Source: Octopus sinensis
Lineage: Eukaryota
NCBI RefSeq assembly: GCF_006345805.1
Contig: NC_043015.1
Coordinates: 7,378,001-7,442,000, forward strand
Direction of reading: 5' to 3'
DNA length: 64,000 nucleotides
Under the pieces are notes generated by a model. It did not search any database. It saw only the letters and a list, made by a program, of their open reading frames with translations, and was not told the DNA's origin. The position numbers and the translations under genes were made by a program. How positions within the stretch are numbered: position 1 is the stretch's first letter; every line of letters begins with the position of its first letter. Below are positions 31,334-45,469 of this stretch, piece after piece.

Positions 31334-34081
31334 CTCTATCTATCCATCGATCCATCCATCCACCTGTGTGTCTGTCTGACTGTCAATCAATGTGTCAGTC
31401 TATCTCATATATATATGTGTGTGAGTGTGTGTGTTTGCGCGTGTATACGTACTTACACTTAAATAAATACACGTATATTTCACATGTGCATATATATATG
31501 TACTTCAGCATTCATATATACGTACATACACACATCACACACGTGTATATGTGTGTGTATGTGTATATGCATATCTTTATCCTCCCACACATACACACGC
31601 ACACACATAAGCGCATGTTTATCAATTACCAGGGTAATATTATTACAAAGAATAAGCAAATACAAAGAACAAAAAAAAAACAGCAATTCAGTAAAGGCAT
31701 AGATAAATGATGAAAAGACTGAGAAGGAAAGTAGACAACATTGCATAAATATAACAATAAAGAGTAAGTATGCCTCAAAGTGTAGGTGTAGCAATCATTT
31801 TCTTGACTTAACACTTGAGATATATAACCGGAAATCCTATAGTGTTTTCATTTAACACTACTTGTATATTTGCTTATTAAAATTTCACAGCAAAATTCCC
31901 CCTCCCATCAAGAATAAATATAGAAAAGTGTCCCACACACGCTATTCTATAAAAATAAAAGTTGTGTTCATTGTCGCACGTCTTATACTATCTTATAATT
32001 AGTTCTCACCTAAGTTGATGCGTTTTTCTTTGTTTGGTGTATTTTATCCTGCACACGCAAACACACACACACACACACACCACACACACACACACACACA
32101 CACCACACACACACACCACCACACACACACACCACACACACACACACACACACCACACACACACACACATATATATATATCTGTATATATATACACACAC
32201 ATATATGTATGTGTATGTATATATGTATATTGAACATTCGTATCTATATTTCCATTTGACGAACAGTATTAACACTATTAAATTATGATGGAATAGCAAA
32301 AGCTAAGAAAAATAAAATCTAGAAGAAACCGATATTAAAGAAAATGAAATATTAATATTCTTCATATCAATATACCGAGAGATTTTTGCATTAGAAATGA
32401 GGCAAATTAATTAATATCTTGTTTTCAGTGGATGCCGATTCTTTTATTATTAATTTTCATCTAATTTAAATAATTGATTTATTTATCATTAAATTTTCTT
32501 ATTTGATTATTCGTCATTTAAGTTCGTTTTTATACATTCATTCATGTTTTGTCTTGCAGCCATCCATCACTGCGCATCACGGTTTGTGTCTTTCCGTGTT
32601 GCTTTCTTTAACATGCTAATCTTTTTATTATCGCTTCGCTTCTCTTTCTGTCTACTGATACAGTTTTTTTTTATTAATGTTTTTACTTCTTTATTCTTTC
32701 CCAGTCTTCATGCAAACAATAAATGGATATGAATGATCATATAATTTATCATCTATATTCACATAAAAAGTCTTTCATCTCTTTCTCAAATCCTTCTGTC
32801 ACTTTCACATATAAGCGCTCTCACACACTCTTTCTCACACAGTGAAACACTGAATGTGGTCTGGAGCCTTAGCAGAATGACAAATGAAAAATCATTATAT
32901 ATCTGAAGAGCAGCCATGTTGGATCTGACAAATATTCATATTGAAGAATAGTTTACGTGAAGTAAGATTGACTCAAAACTTCCTACAAACAATTACTGCT
33001 GGTTAATTATATATGTAGAAAAGAGGGGTAAAAAAATTATTACAGAACAGATAGATGTATAAAGGAATCGAAACATTACAAGTTAATATGAAAGTCCTCG
33101 TTCGAGGAAATACGCACGCGAGAAAATTGATTAGGTAACACACGCTTAGTGATAGAGTAAATTATATTTGAATATATAATATTAGCTTTCAGCAACAGTT
33201 AAAATGAACACGTTTCTTGTTACTACGCATAATTTAAAGAGAAGAAATAATTGAATTAGAAATGATAAACCCGCGGGAAAATGCTTCATTAATCTAGCCA
33301 CGTTACAGTCGTTAAAGTGCGGGACAAATTGACTTGAGGTGTTTAATTACAGAGGCTCCTTAAGTTTCCAAGTGAAATCCCAGCGAGATCATGTTTCCTC
33401 TTCATTCTCTCTAGGATCAATAAAAGACTACGATCGATACCATTGGCTGTACAACTTCCCTAAAAACAAAATTAAGAAGGCATATCTTCAGTGTTAGATA
33501 AATTTCATTACCGAAAGGTCAAGTAGTTGAGTGTTTATTCGCTCGGTTGTATGAATACATAGAAAATGATGATAATAATTTATCTATATTCCTAGAATTG
33601 TTTAGAACAGTGTTTCGTAAAATCCTCGACCCAAACTTAATTTGTTGGTCCTTTCAATAGACTGTAAGGCAATTTTGAAAATTTTATTTCGATTCAAAAT
33701 GCAAACATCATTCGAGCATATTAATTGCAAGTTGTGATCAATTTTACTTCAAATATCAAGATATATGAAAAACACCGAAAATACATTTTGCTTTTGATTT
33801 TATCTTACAAAATGAGCATAATTCTCTTGTTAAAACATCAGCAAGTAATAAGGTAACGAAGGTACATTTTTCTTTAGTTATAACATATCTTTTAGCTTCA
33901 GATTTTTAAAATAAATTCAAACAAGTTACCGCTTGCATCTGGAAAATGAACGAAAATACTACTTTGAAAAATATAATCTCATCTTCCTAAACTTCTACAA
34001 TACATTTTTCTTCATAAGATTACATAAATATACATATTGAAACGTAGCAGTTAGTAAAGAGTTCAAGAACATGAAAGAAAT

Positions 34082-34314
34082 TTTGGGTTAGTGCATAATT
34101 ATTGCGGGTTTTTTCCACAAATTTTATTCAACAAAAAACAATACCAATATTTAACAAAAGCGTCTTTAAATGATGGTCTGACCGTCTGCCTAGCAAATGG
34201 GAAGCAGTAATTGGAGTAGATGGTGAATATGCTGCGGAATAATCAATTTAAAATGTTTTTGATACATGTTGTTTTTTCTGAATAAAATTTGATGAAAAAA
34301 AGCCGCAATAATTA
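34082..34314 (+). mobile_element. Internally deleted mariner (MITE) with long imperfect TIRs and a transposase C-terminal remnant
   Basis: The left end TTGGGTTAGTGCATAATTATTGCGGG resembles Hsmar1/MADE1-type TIRs. About 45 bp of TAATTATTGCGG..AAATTTTATTCA..AAAAAACAA is inverted at 34268-34314. The interior 34173-34250 reads RLPSKWEAVIGVDGEYAAE*, a typical mariner C-terminus. The outer part of the right TIR is missing. Confidence 0.8.
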
Positions 34315-35029
34315 AAAGGATGGGGGGCATGTCAAAACGGTAGAGGAGTAGGGGCCGAAACCGGACGTAGTTCCTCCTGATGATGTCTTGAGCTAACTGG
34401 ATCATATAAAGGAGCTGTTGTGGTAGCAGCCACGAAACACGGTTGTAATTCCTACACCGACCTAATATAAAGCAATAGCGGCTCTGTAACTGCTTGGTTA
34501 GCGAGTGAAATTAACTAGGTTCTGAAGATTACCATTTCCTAAATAATCTCTATTAACATATCCTGAATAACGAGTGCCAAACCATTCTGCATTTATGAAC
34601 TAAAGAAATAATTCCTTTACCCTAAAGCTATCAATAGATATTTTCATAACAAAAATGAGTATGCAAATTAATTTATAGAACAACTATTTTGATCAAATTA
34701 GTAGATTATTTTCAGTCGTAGATTCAGTCACGAAGACATATAATTTATTTTCTGTGTGTGACAGATTTACTGCAAATATCGGGGCATTCATACATCGTTT
34801 CTATGTCTTACAGTAAACCACATTATATTTATTTTTGTATTGAATAACCTAAAAATATCGATAAATGCCAACATAAATAAATATAGTCGCTTAGATTTTT
34901 CACGACATTTTGATATTTTTCTTGATTATCTTACAATCTTAATCTACAGAGATGTTAACCATACAAATATACGCATTAAACACACACATATACTTATCAA
35001 TATACCCGCATATACACTCGTACGTACGT

Positions 35030-35066
<37 letters not shown>

Positions 35067-35146
35067 ATATATATGTATATATATATATACATAAATAAAT
35101 AAATACAGGTTTTGCGCAAATTGTTTTAGAGAAGGAGTTAGGGGAT

Positions 35147-35194
<48 letters not shown>

Positions 35195-35944
35195 ACAGTG
35201 TATTCAAATTGATACTGTCTATAAAGAAAATCCCCATATCAAAAGTCAGTATATTTAATGTATATAAATTCAATACCTTTTAACTCATTAAATGTAATAT
35301 ATCTGGCCACTCTGGAGTAGCTTTCAGATGATTAATTAGTTTATGGCTGACATTTACTTCTAGCCCACAAAAGATTCTCTTGTACATATTTGATATATTG
35401 TGCAAGACTCTAGACTCTACATATTTAGAATCGTTTGTATATTAAGATTAAAACTATCTGAATATACAGTATAGATAAATGCAGTAACAAAAACATAATA
35501 ATATCTAATGAAAGCACTTAAATAAATTGAATTTAGTTTTGCCCGATTTAAGTTGACTTGGATAAAATAACAACAGCAAGAATAGCTTCTTCGCCACATA
35601 CTAGTTTCGAACAGAATATATTTTAGGTGATCCAGCTGGAAACAAGTTATAGGGAAACAAATGGATCGTTACCTTTTTGTGCTTCCATGAGCAATCAATT
35701 ATGTTTCCATTAACAGCTGAAAATTTCCTTCTAACAATGTGACTGGGACTGCTTTTCAGGCGTCTCCTTATGGAATAGATTTTCTAGTCTCAAATTCACA
35801 ATTAAATGTATTACACTAATGTCTGTAGTTCAAAGATTAACAAACACATTATCCAATGTTGGTGATTACATTCCTTTTAATATTCTTATCGGTTCTATTA
35901 CTAGAATCTCACTTAATTTTACTATAATAGTACCAATATCTTTT

Positions 35945-36135
35945 CTTTCTACTATAGGCGCAAGACCTAAAACATTGGGAGAGACGGAAAGCTGATTACA
36001 AGGACTCATCTGCTCACACCAGACTCCTTTTTGTCAACCCCCAAAAATGACAGCCAATATCACCGTCACCGAATTTCACTTCTGGACGTAAAGCCGAAAC
36101 AACCACTACGCTCGGCCTGCTAACAATTCTGCCAT
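35945..36135 (-). mobile_element. Degenerate SINE family A copy
   Basis: CGCTCGGCCTGCTAACAATTCTGCCA is the reverse-complement head, and CTACTATAGGCGCAAGACC is the tail. Confidence 0.55.
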
Positions 36136-36847
36136 CTCATCACCCTTATTACTACTCATAGTATCATTACATTTATCATATTTCCTTGTATCTATGATTT
36201 TATCACTTATTATTATGTAATTGTAAGATAATATTATTTTATCATCATCATTTATTTTTCCTTTGGCTCTAAGAATATGACATACTGTGCTTGTGGTATT
36301 AACGTTTATATCACTTTCGTAACACTGCACCTAGAATTGCTGCTCTATGGCTCTCGTAATTTAACGTGTAGAAAATATGTACAATAAATCCTAACGTAAG
36401 CGTAGTCGAAAGAGGTACGGATAAGAAAATGTTGAATCGTTTGTTTTTCGTACACTGCATGCGGAAGAATTTCCCAATATATTCCAAGATCTTTGATTGA
36501 AATATGGAATACATCACACCCAATAAGATATCAGAGAATAACGATGACAAGCTATATTTCTAATATTACGAATGATAAATCTAAATAATATTGAAGAAGC
36601 TGATATATCATATATATATATATGTATATATATATTTATATATGAGCATTCGTATATTTGTTTGTATCGACCTTTTAAAATTTACGCTGCTGAATCGATT
36701 TCAAGCTCATAACTCAGAATGAATGATGAGAATATCTTGAAGACAACGTTGCATGATGATTAATTAAATCAAACTCTTCATGCTTGTATACCTACATCTC
36801 TCTATATTTTGTGCATATACATACATATACATGCAAACATCAATCTG

Positions 36848-36899
<52 letters not shown>

Positions 36900-39417
36900 C
36901 AAGATACATTGATATATATGCATATATATACATGTGTTTGTATGCATATTTATAAATGAATATGTATATGTATTTGCTACAACAGCAGACCCTCATAGAC
37001 GATATGCATAAATGTCAACTGACTGGTTTTTACTTAGGCGAGATTCATCTCCACGTATTGATATTTTAGAATCATTGCCACTGGCCACCGTAAGATTGAA
37101 ATCGGAAAAATAGAGGTGAAATAACTTTGAAGCCATAGCATCACATTCGACATGCATGTGATGAAATGAGTTACATAATTTAAGGTTTTTCGGTAGAAAG
37201 CTCAGAAACACTAGGACAAAGCACATTGGTGAATTTACAATAATTACACAATCTACAAATCTCACATTAAGTACCAGCAAATGAATTCTCCTACGCTGAT
37301 TCTTTGTAAGTGAAAAATTCATTCCAGCCTTTTCTGGCGTAACAAACCTGTCTTCTGCACAACGTCGACTTCACGTCTTGTATTTTAACTCATTTCATCT
37401 CCTTTGCTTTTATTCCTGATTTTCCCTTGTCTGGGAGCCATGACTCAGAAATGAATTTAAAAAGTACTTCATCTATTTAAATTTAGCATTTAAAAGGGAA
37501 ATAATACGAAGCAATAATTCCAGTTTTATAACTCACGACCTTTATTCATATAATCCTTTTAATATGTTTTCTGAAATCCAAACCGAGTCATGGCGCCGAG
37601 AGTAGATTATTTTTAATGAGATCTGAACTCACGCACGCAAACATAGTCATTAATACACACACAGCAATCAGTCATGCACGCATACACACGTGGATACACG
37701 CACACACGCATATTAAACAATAAATATTTTGGGTTAAAGTGATAAAGACATTATGTGACAGTATAATAATATAATAACATATTTTATATTCAAGGCAATT
37801 AAAACAGACTGATGTAAAATTAAAAACAAATACAAATGACAGTCTCTGTGTCGATAAAGCTATATTTTTGTGTTACATTTTTCTATAAAACATTGTGAAA
37901 CTACTTGATCAGTAACCTGCCGGATCGAGAATATGACACGCACCGTATCACAGTCTCTGTTCTTTCATTTACAGCGGTAAAATATGATGGCCAAAACATT
38001 GCAACGAAAGTCTATTATTCGATAGCGACATTAAGTCTAATATAGGAAAACTATTTAAATTCGTTATCAAATGTAAAATGACGAAGACCTCCATTAGCAT
38101 TGCTGGAAACAATAGTTAATCAATCTAATTTCATGATTGAACTAGTGTGGGTTTCTTTTCACTTCGTTAGTATTCATCTTGGTTGAAGCTAGGTTTTATT
38201 AGAAGCCTAACATTCTATGTCATTAACTTTCTCCATCTTTCTCTGTATGTTTCTTTCTCTCACACTATACGTATGGATATTTTCATATTAACCTTACGTT
38301 CAATGTTGACATCTATACTTAAATATGCAAGTATATAAATAATTATCAATACACATACATAAGCACACAACCTCTCCCCAACACAGCTCAAACACGCACA
38401 CGTACATACAAACGAGCGCTCACATAATTTATGAGCGTTTGTAAAATGTTATATTCATAATGAACAAAAATATAATGTATAATATTAAAAAAAAAAAATG
38501 ATTGATAGTGCAATTCTTTGATTGAAGCTTATGTTTTGAAGAAGACTGCTACAAAAACTAAACACGCATATACAAACCTAATTAGTTGTGCGTTTAGTAC
38601 CGCACACAAACACGCATGCGTACTCAAACACACACGCACATACGCGAGAGTGTTTCTACGTATGTATGTGGTATGGCATTGCCAAACTCCCGTGGAACTA
38701 GATAATTACAATCCATTACGAGAATTTATCGTCCATTATTGATAAACGAAATCTCTAAAAGGAAATGTATGTTGAAAAAATGCTAGAACAGTTATTGTAA
38801 AGAAAAAAAGATACATATATAATTACAAATGAGACCAGAATAATCGATTGCATTCTAGTGATTCATAAGGTTGGCAATAATGTTACGATTACCTCTATCA
38901 TATCATGGCTTGATTGCACAATCACTGAACATTCCATTAAATGCATTTACATACATCTACAGTTCTACATACATTAATATACCCACATATACACATAAAA
39001 CTATGCATGCATGATAATCATACACAGATGTATAAATACCAACGTACTTAAGTATATCTATGAGTGTGTCTATGTATGTGTATATGTGCTCGTCTGTATA
39101 TATTTGCGTGGGTACCTATAGACATATGCATATGTGTGTGTATATATGTATGTATATATGTATATGCATAAATACAGTCACATTCAGGCACATATATATG
39201 AGTGCGTGCATATGTATGTGTACGGGGATCGTTTCAAGGCCAAGTGGATAACATTGGTACACATTTGTTACACTCTAGATTCAATTACACTGAGTGAATC
39301 TTTTAAGAAATAACCACGCCACTTCTCTCAATAGACTTGAAAATTAACTAAATGTATAGCCTTGGTCACATTGCATTTCAGATATAATATACAATCACAA
39401 TAGTAATAATAGAAATA

Positions 39418-39736
39418 GTGGAGGCGCAATGGCCTAATGGTTAGGGCAGCGGACTAGCGGTCCGGGTGTTGTGAGTGTTTATTGAACGAAAATACCTATA
39501 GCTCCACAAGCCTCCGGTAGGAGGTCGTGGCGTACCCTCTGCTTTACTCTTTCACCACAACTTCCTTTCACTCTTTCTTCCTGTATTTCAAAGGGCCAGC
39601 TGAATCTCACAGGGAACTGCGGTAGTAATACGCGTGTCTATAGAGTGTTTAACCACTTACACGTTAACTTCATGAGCAGGCCGTTCCGTTGATCAGATCA
39701 ACTGGAACCGCCGTCGTCGTAACCGACGGAGACCCA
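39418..39736 (+). mobile_element. SINE family B (tRNA-like head) with tail type 1
   Basis: Head GGAGGCGCAATGGCCTAATGGTTAGGGCAGCGGACT is shared with the copies at 44905 and 61835. Tail GTTGATCAGATCAACTGGAAC...GTAACCGACGGAG. Confidence 0.88.
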
Positions 39737-42700
39737 CGATGATAAAAATAATAATACGTATGCTAGTGCTAGTAGGGAAAAGTAATAAATGAGGAAACGG
39801 GATAGAGATAATGATGATGATGATGAGGAGGAGGAGGAGGAGGTGGGGAGGTGGTGGAAGGAAGCAGGAGGGGCGTTTTATTTCTGTGATATGAAAGAAG
39901 AATGTATCCTTGAAATTGGGTAGTGTTGCTGTTTAATGATGATTAAGAGAATGAGGATGATTTTTAAACGATGGCTTCCATAACAACAATGATAGATTCG
40001 ATTATAAAAAATGCTGATCCTAAGTGCATATGTTTAAGGGCGAAAGAAAGTGAATGGAAATTTTTAAATGTTTTCTGATACTTTTCTTTTTCCTACGATG
40101 TAAGTACTTACAGAAAATAACTTGTCGTAAAATCACATTTTATTACTGACCTACTGTTTGCACAGTTAATTGTGCATTTTTTTTGATAATCTAGAGTTTT
40201 AGAACAGTCTTTTTACATTATTTCTCTATTTCCTGCTGTATTTAGAGTTACACGTCTTTGCTGTATAACATCATGATATCAGTCAAAATTCAGTCATTGT
40301 TAGAATTTTTCAGTTTATTTTCTCTTTACGTTTCTCCCTTCTTAATTTTATGCTTGCTCACTCAGTTGAGTGTATTAACGTCATTATTTATCAACTGTTT
40401 ACATTTCAACTTTGCTTGCTTTGAACATATATTTATCTTATTATACTTTTATATAACACCCTTGTCGCTTTGTATTTGCTTTTTATTTATATATCAAGAG
40501 CCCTCTTAGTTTCTCCTATATTTTCCTGAGTTTTGCACATTTTAAACTAATTTATAAAACTTAAACAGCAAGAGGAAAAAAGTTTTTTATATAAGCTTTT
40601 TTTTTTACGCTGAAAAACATACAGAAGTAATGAAGTTGCAAAATTTAAGCGGTAAAACAAAATAAATAAAATATTTATCAAAGATAAAAGCAGGTGTAAA
40701 ATAAAATTCTCTGGTTTAGAAACAAGGTTAGCATATTTGAGTGAAGGGACATCAACGACACATTAAATAAGTAGTATTTTGTTTTATTGACGTTTCAAGA
40801 ATGAAAGACAGAGTTAACCTCTAAAATAAGCATAAAACCAGACATTTATAGTTTTGTTTTCTAATTCTGGCACAAGGCCAACGATTGAAAGGGGAGGCGG
40901 GGGTTGAAAACATCACCTTTATGTTCATCTGATATATTTCCTCAACCACTAAGATGTAAAAGGTAAAACGTCGGCGACCCCGGCGGCATATCGACTCATG
41001 TAAACATATGTGGTCGTGTCTGTGGTGATTCTAACAGCATAATGTCCTTGAAATGAATATAACTTAACTTTTGCATGAAATAACTTCTAGAATACGAAAA
41101 TTTGTCGAAAATGGTGAAAGCAAACAGTGTTCAGCGTGAAAAATTTACACCAGTATACGAAATTTCAAAATGTTTAGTTTGAAATAAAATAATTTTAAAA
41201 AATCTGTGTGCGAAACTAAAGGGATTCAATGGCACTATATATGATGACAAATTATAGAAAAGCAAAAGAACAAAAAAAAAAAAAAAAAAAAAAAAACGAA
41301 AACCGTATAATCACAGATATTGCAACAAATGCTACAAATAAACTCTGACACATCAAAGATAAGAGCCTTATTCTAGCACTTGTCACCAAACTACAGAGTC
41401 GTATTTTGTGCATCAAGTTGTACAGAGTGAATCAATCAGTCTCTGTAACCTATCATACAAATTAGTGGAACTCAACACATTCTGCTATACTCATGTTACT
41501 CTTAATGCAATTCTTGGAACAGTTGATGTGCTTCATGAACTTAGAGCAAAAGATCTGTCACCAAACAGTGTATCTGCATCCACCAAACAATTTCGCCATA
41601 GCCGCTAGACCATTGAATAGACGCCGCATCCGGTCGATCGAGTTAGACTCGGCTCTTAGCCGGATCCCGCATTTGATAAAACACTCTTTTTATATACAAA
41701 CTGAAATTAACAATGAGCGAATAATAACTGAGTGCGTGCCGGAAGTTCTATCACACTGCGCATCATGTATAGAATTGCTTGCTGTCGAACAAGAATATTC
41801 ATTTCGAGTTTATTCGTTCATTATTCATTTTTAAACAGCTCTCTTTGTTTATCTCTAAAAGAATCGCACGTAGGGAGCGATAACCACTTCAAACGAATGA
41901 ATATAGATGTAAATAGATTGGTTGGTAGATAGACAGATAGCGATTTAGATACAGTGGGAAAGAGAGAAAATGAAAGAGAGAGACCAAGACAGATAGAGAG
42001 ATAGGTAGTTAGATAGATAAATAAATTATTAGATAGTTAACGAGAGAGAAAGATTCGATAGTGCTTGTGTTACTGAAGTATTTTAGTGCTTATATATCTT
42101 ATTAGAAACTGAAGTTTCTTAAATCATTTCTGTTTTGTCTATTTTCTAAATATACATAGAAACGCAGGCTGGCATACACTCATACACACACAAGCGCGTG
42201 GAGAAACACACACATATTTGAAGAGAAAAACAGGGGGAAAGACACAGAGATAAAGATGGGTATAGAGATCGAAGAATAGATAAATATGTGCCAACATGTA
42301 TAATAAGTGTGCTTCGTTGGATTGTCACGTTCCTGAATTTGCACAGTCATTTGAACTTTCATTATAGAGACACTAACAATAAAAAAGGAGGCAGACTGGG
42401 AAATCGGTTAGATTATTCCTCGCGTCTCGAAGGAGAGGTTGATAATACAAGAGCTGCACAACTCTAAATTCTATAAATAGTTTGGTTTATATGAACTTAT
42501 AACTGTGTTTGTAATGTCTTTGCTGCCAATGCGGCTTATAATGAAGTAGTATTACATCCATTTAGAATTCATAGTTATATATATATATATATATTTAATA
42601 TATATATATATATATATAATATATATGTATATGGTGTATGTGTATACTGTGTTGCATAATGCATTAGCTCCATGTTGAAAAGCGTGCATAAAAATATAGT

Positions 42701-43214
42701 GTGTAAATGGTTGAACAATACATTAATACTTTAGGAAAAGCGTCTGTGCCTATATGCAATCTATCAATATCTGTACATAAACTGGTTCTATATCGATCAG
42801 TTTTCACCAATTACATATGGCATATGGTTTTTAATTCGACTGCTAGATCGCTGTAATTTGACATATACTTACATTTATCTTGTGCTCACTATAATCGTAT
42901 GCTATTGATACGTCCTCAGTCGTTCATTTAATATTTTTGCAATGTAAAATTTTCTGACTTATTATGAGCTCTTCATTAGCATAGCTCGATGCTAAAATGT
43001 CCATCGTATTTTATGTAGGCATTTCCTGAGACATTAAGAGGTTCATATGAGTAAAAGGCACTTTCTTTTTGTTGTTCTAAGGGCGTAGTTTTATGTCCTT
43101 ATTTGTATATGAAGATTGCAACGCTATTGCATCTCCACTAAGAGACATGCTAATAAAATTAAGGTAATTTAGAAAGTCTAAGATACACAGTAACATGTCA
43201 CGTACTTTGGAGTA

Positions 43215-43993
43215 CAGTAATTCCTCAACTATCGCGGGTCTTACTTTCCAAAACCCTGCGCGATAGGTGACTTCAACGAAGTAGAAACAGTACTGCTCTC
43301 TTTTACTCTTACTCTTTACTCTTTTACTTGTTTCAATCATTTGACTGCGGCCATGCTGGAGCACCGCCTTTAGTCGAGCAAATCGACGCCAGGACTAATT
43401 CTAGTCGGTTGTCAAGTGATGCTGGGGGGGGGGGCAGACACAGACGCACAAGCACACACAGACACAGACACACATATAGACATATATACGACGGGCTTCT
43501 TTCTGTTTCCGTCTACCAAATCCACTCACAAGGCTTTGGTCGGCTCGAGGCTATAGTAGAAAACACTTGCCCAAGGTGCCACGCAGTGGGACTGAACCCG
43601 GGATCATGTGGTTGGTAAGCAAGCTACTTACCTCACAGCCACTCCTTTTTATTATTTTTATAATTTGCATATATTTATTTCATTATAAATGTAAAACAAC
43701 ACTACACATTCGCCTCCCGAATTTCGCTTTTCATACAGTATGTGCGATTCTTTTTATACTCATATACGGTACACTACGTATTTTCTTTTAATATATTGTT
43801 ATTAATGTGTTACACAGTGCAACTCTGTATTTCTACTTATTAATTTATCGACGTTTAGGCCTGAAAATGTTAATTTATCACATAAATAATTAAAAATCTA
43901 AAAAAAATATAAATACACATCGGCCGCAGAAACTCATGATATAAATTTACATATGTTAGCCAGAAAAATTTGCGATAGGTCGAGTGATTACTA
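43215..43993. mobile_element. Tigger/pogo-type MITE interrupted by a SINE family C insertion
   Basis: The left end TA|CAGTAATTCCTCAACTATCGCGGG...CGCGATAGGTGA is a Tigger-like terminus. The right end TGCGATAGGTCGAGTGATTACTA|TA at 43971-43995 is an imperfect inverted copy. TA flanks both ends. Confidence 0.7.
43297..43648 (-). mobile_element. SINE family C copy nested in the Tigger-type MITE
   Basis: Strong similarity to 12655-13060, including an internal (CA/TA) tract. Confidence 0.9.
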
Positions 43994-44904
43994 TACTCGC
44001 ATACACATTCATATATACGAATACACTAGACAATAAAATAAAATACACCCGTCATTAGCAAGCGCCTATGAACTCGATAGTATGTACAATGCGCTTGTTA
44101 AATATTTTAGGAACCAGTGTAATCGTAAAACGATAAAATATTATCCCTTGAAAAGGAGAAATATCGACCATGTGACAGTTGGGGAAAAAGAGAGGGGTGC
44201 ACAAATAGTTTTCCACTGTATATTTTATCAAGCCACAAATGATGAAAGAGATGGAATAAATATACAGTGCATCATATTCAATAAGCTAACAACCCTACTT
44301 ATACATATATTATTCATTCTGCCAGGTTGAATGTGTGCATTACTACTATTAAATGTAACCCAATACACCCTGTTGCATGATATGGTCATCAGGAACGTAA
44401 GTGACAACCGCAACAGCTTTGTATGGCGAGAGTGTTTGACATCCTGCAAGATGAATGACAAGACAGTTGACCTCATGAAAGTGAATTGACAACCAGTAAT
44501 GAAAGCGTATGGCATGGATTTTAAATGAGTATGTGAGTATCATTAGTGAACTATTCGGATTTCATTCAGATGAAGCTGGAAATAAATAATTACGATTTAA
44601 CGCCACAAATTTGGAGATACATGCAGCAGGACAAAGTAGGTAACAACTTTCAAGTAGGGAGCAAACTTTCAAACTGACATTGAACACAAAACGCCGAGGA
44701 AAATTTCTGGAACGGCAATCTACGGCGTGGTCACTCACCAAAAATGATACTTTGAGGTTTGAAATTCAATCAGTCTTTTCGGGAAACTCCCTCAATATTA
44801 CACAAACCCATTTTTATGAATTGATATTGGAACTGAATAAATTATGAAAGAACATGAAGGTGAATCAGATGTCCGCGTAGTTTCTGCTCCCTACAATAAC
44901 TATA

Positions 44905-45226
44905 GTGGAGGCGCAATGGCCCAGTGGTTAGGGCAGCGGACACACAGTCGGAGGATTGCGGTTTCGATTCCCAGACCGGGCATTGTGTGTGTTTATTGAG
45001 CGAAAACACCTAAAAGCTCCAATAAGCTTCGGCAGATGGTGGTGGCAACCCCTGTTGTACTCTTTCGTCACAACTTTCTCTCACTCTCTCTTCCTGTTTC
45101 TTGAGTAACGCAGCGATGGATTGGCGTCCCGTCCAGTCGGGGTGGGGCACACATACGCCAAAGAAACCGGGAAACCGGGCCTATGACCCTGGATAGGCTT
45201 GAAAAATGCAAAAAAAAAAAAAAAAA
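44905..45226 (+). mobile_element. SINE family B head with an alternative tail (type 2) and poly(A)
   Basis: The family B head has A-box TGGCCCAGTGG and B-box GGTTTCGATTCC. It continues into GCGATGGATTGGCGTCCCGTCCAG...GAAACCGGGAAACCGGG and A17. A degenerate TSD is present (CAATAACTATAG at 44894-44905, CAATAATCATAG at 45228-45239). Confidence 0.85.
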
Positions 45227-45469
45227 GCAATAATCATAGGCTACTCTGAACTCTGCCAACGCTGCAGTCAAATTTGACTGTGAAACTATTGTTTATTTAT
45301 ATTCGTACATTACTGCACTCATATATGCATGTATATTTCATGTAAATATATATAGATATATACATGCTCACATACACAAATATATACACAGACAAATAGA
45401 CGGACACATATATATCCATATATGTTGGATAAAGGCACTGTTATTGTGGTCATACCTTATATGATATTA

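Noticed and set aside
36993-37322. 109-aa minus-strand ORF in non-repeat sequence
   Set aside because: There is no recognisable domain and no convincing splice pair, and the length is compatible with chance.
39421-39500. tRNA gene at the SINE B, C or D heads
   Set aside because: A and B boxes are present but there is no complete cloverleaf or acceptor stem, and each continues into a SINE body. These are tRNA-derived SINE heads.
44738-44831. Minus-strand exon-like segment with a strong acceptor and a perfect GTGAGT donor
   Set aside because: All three frames contain stops, so it could only be non-coding, and nothing else supports it.
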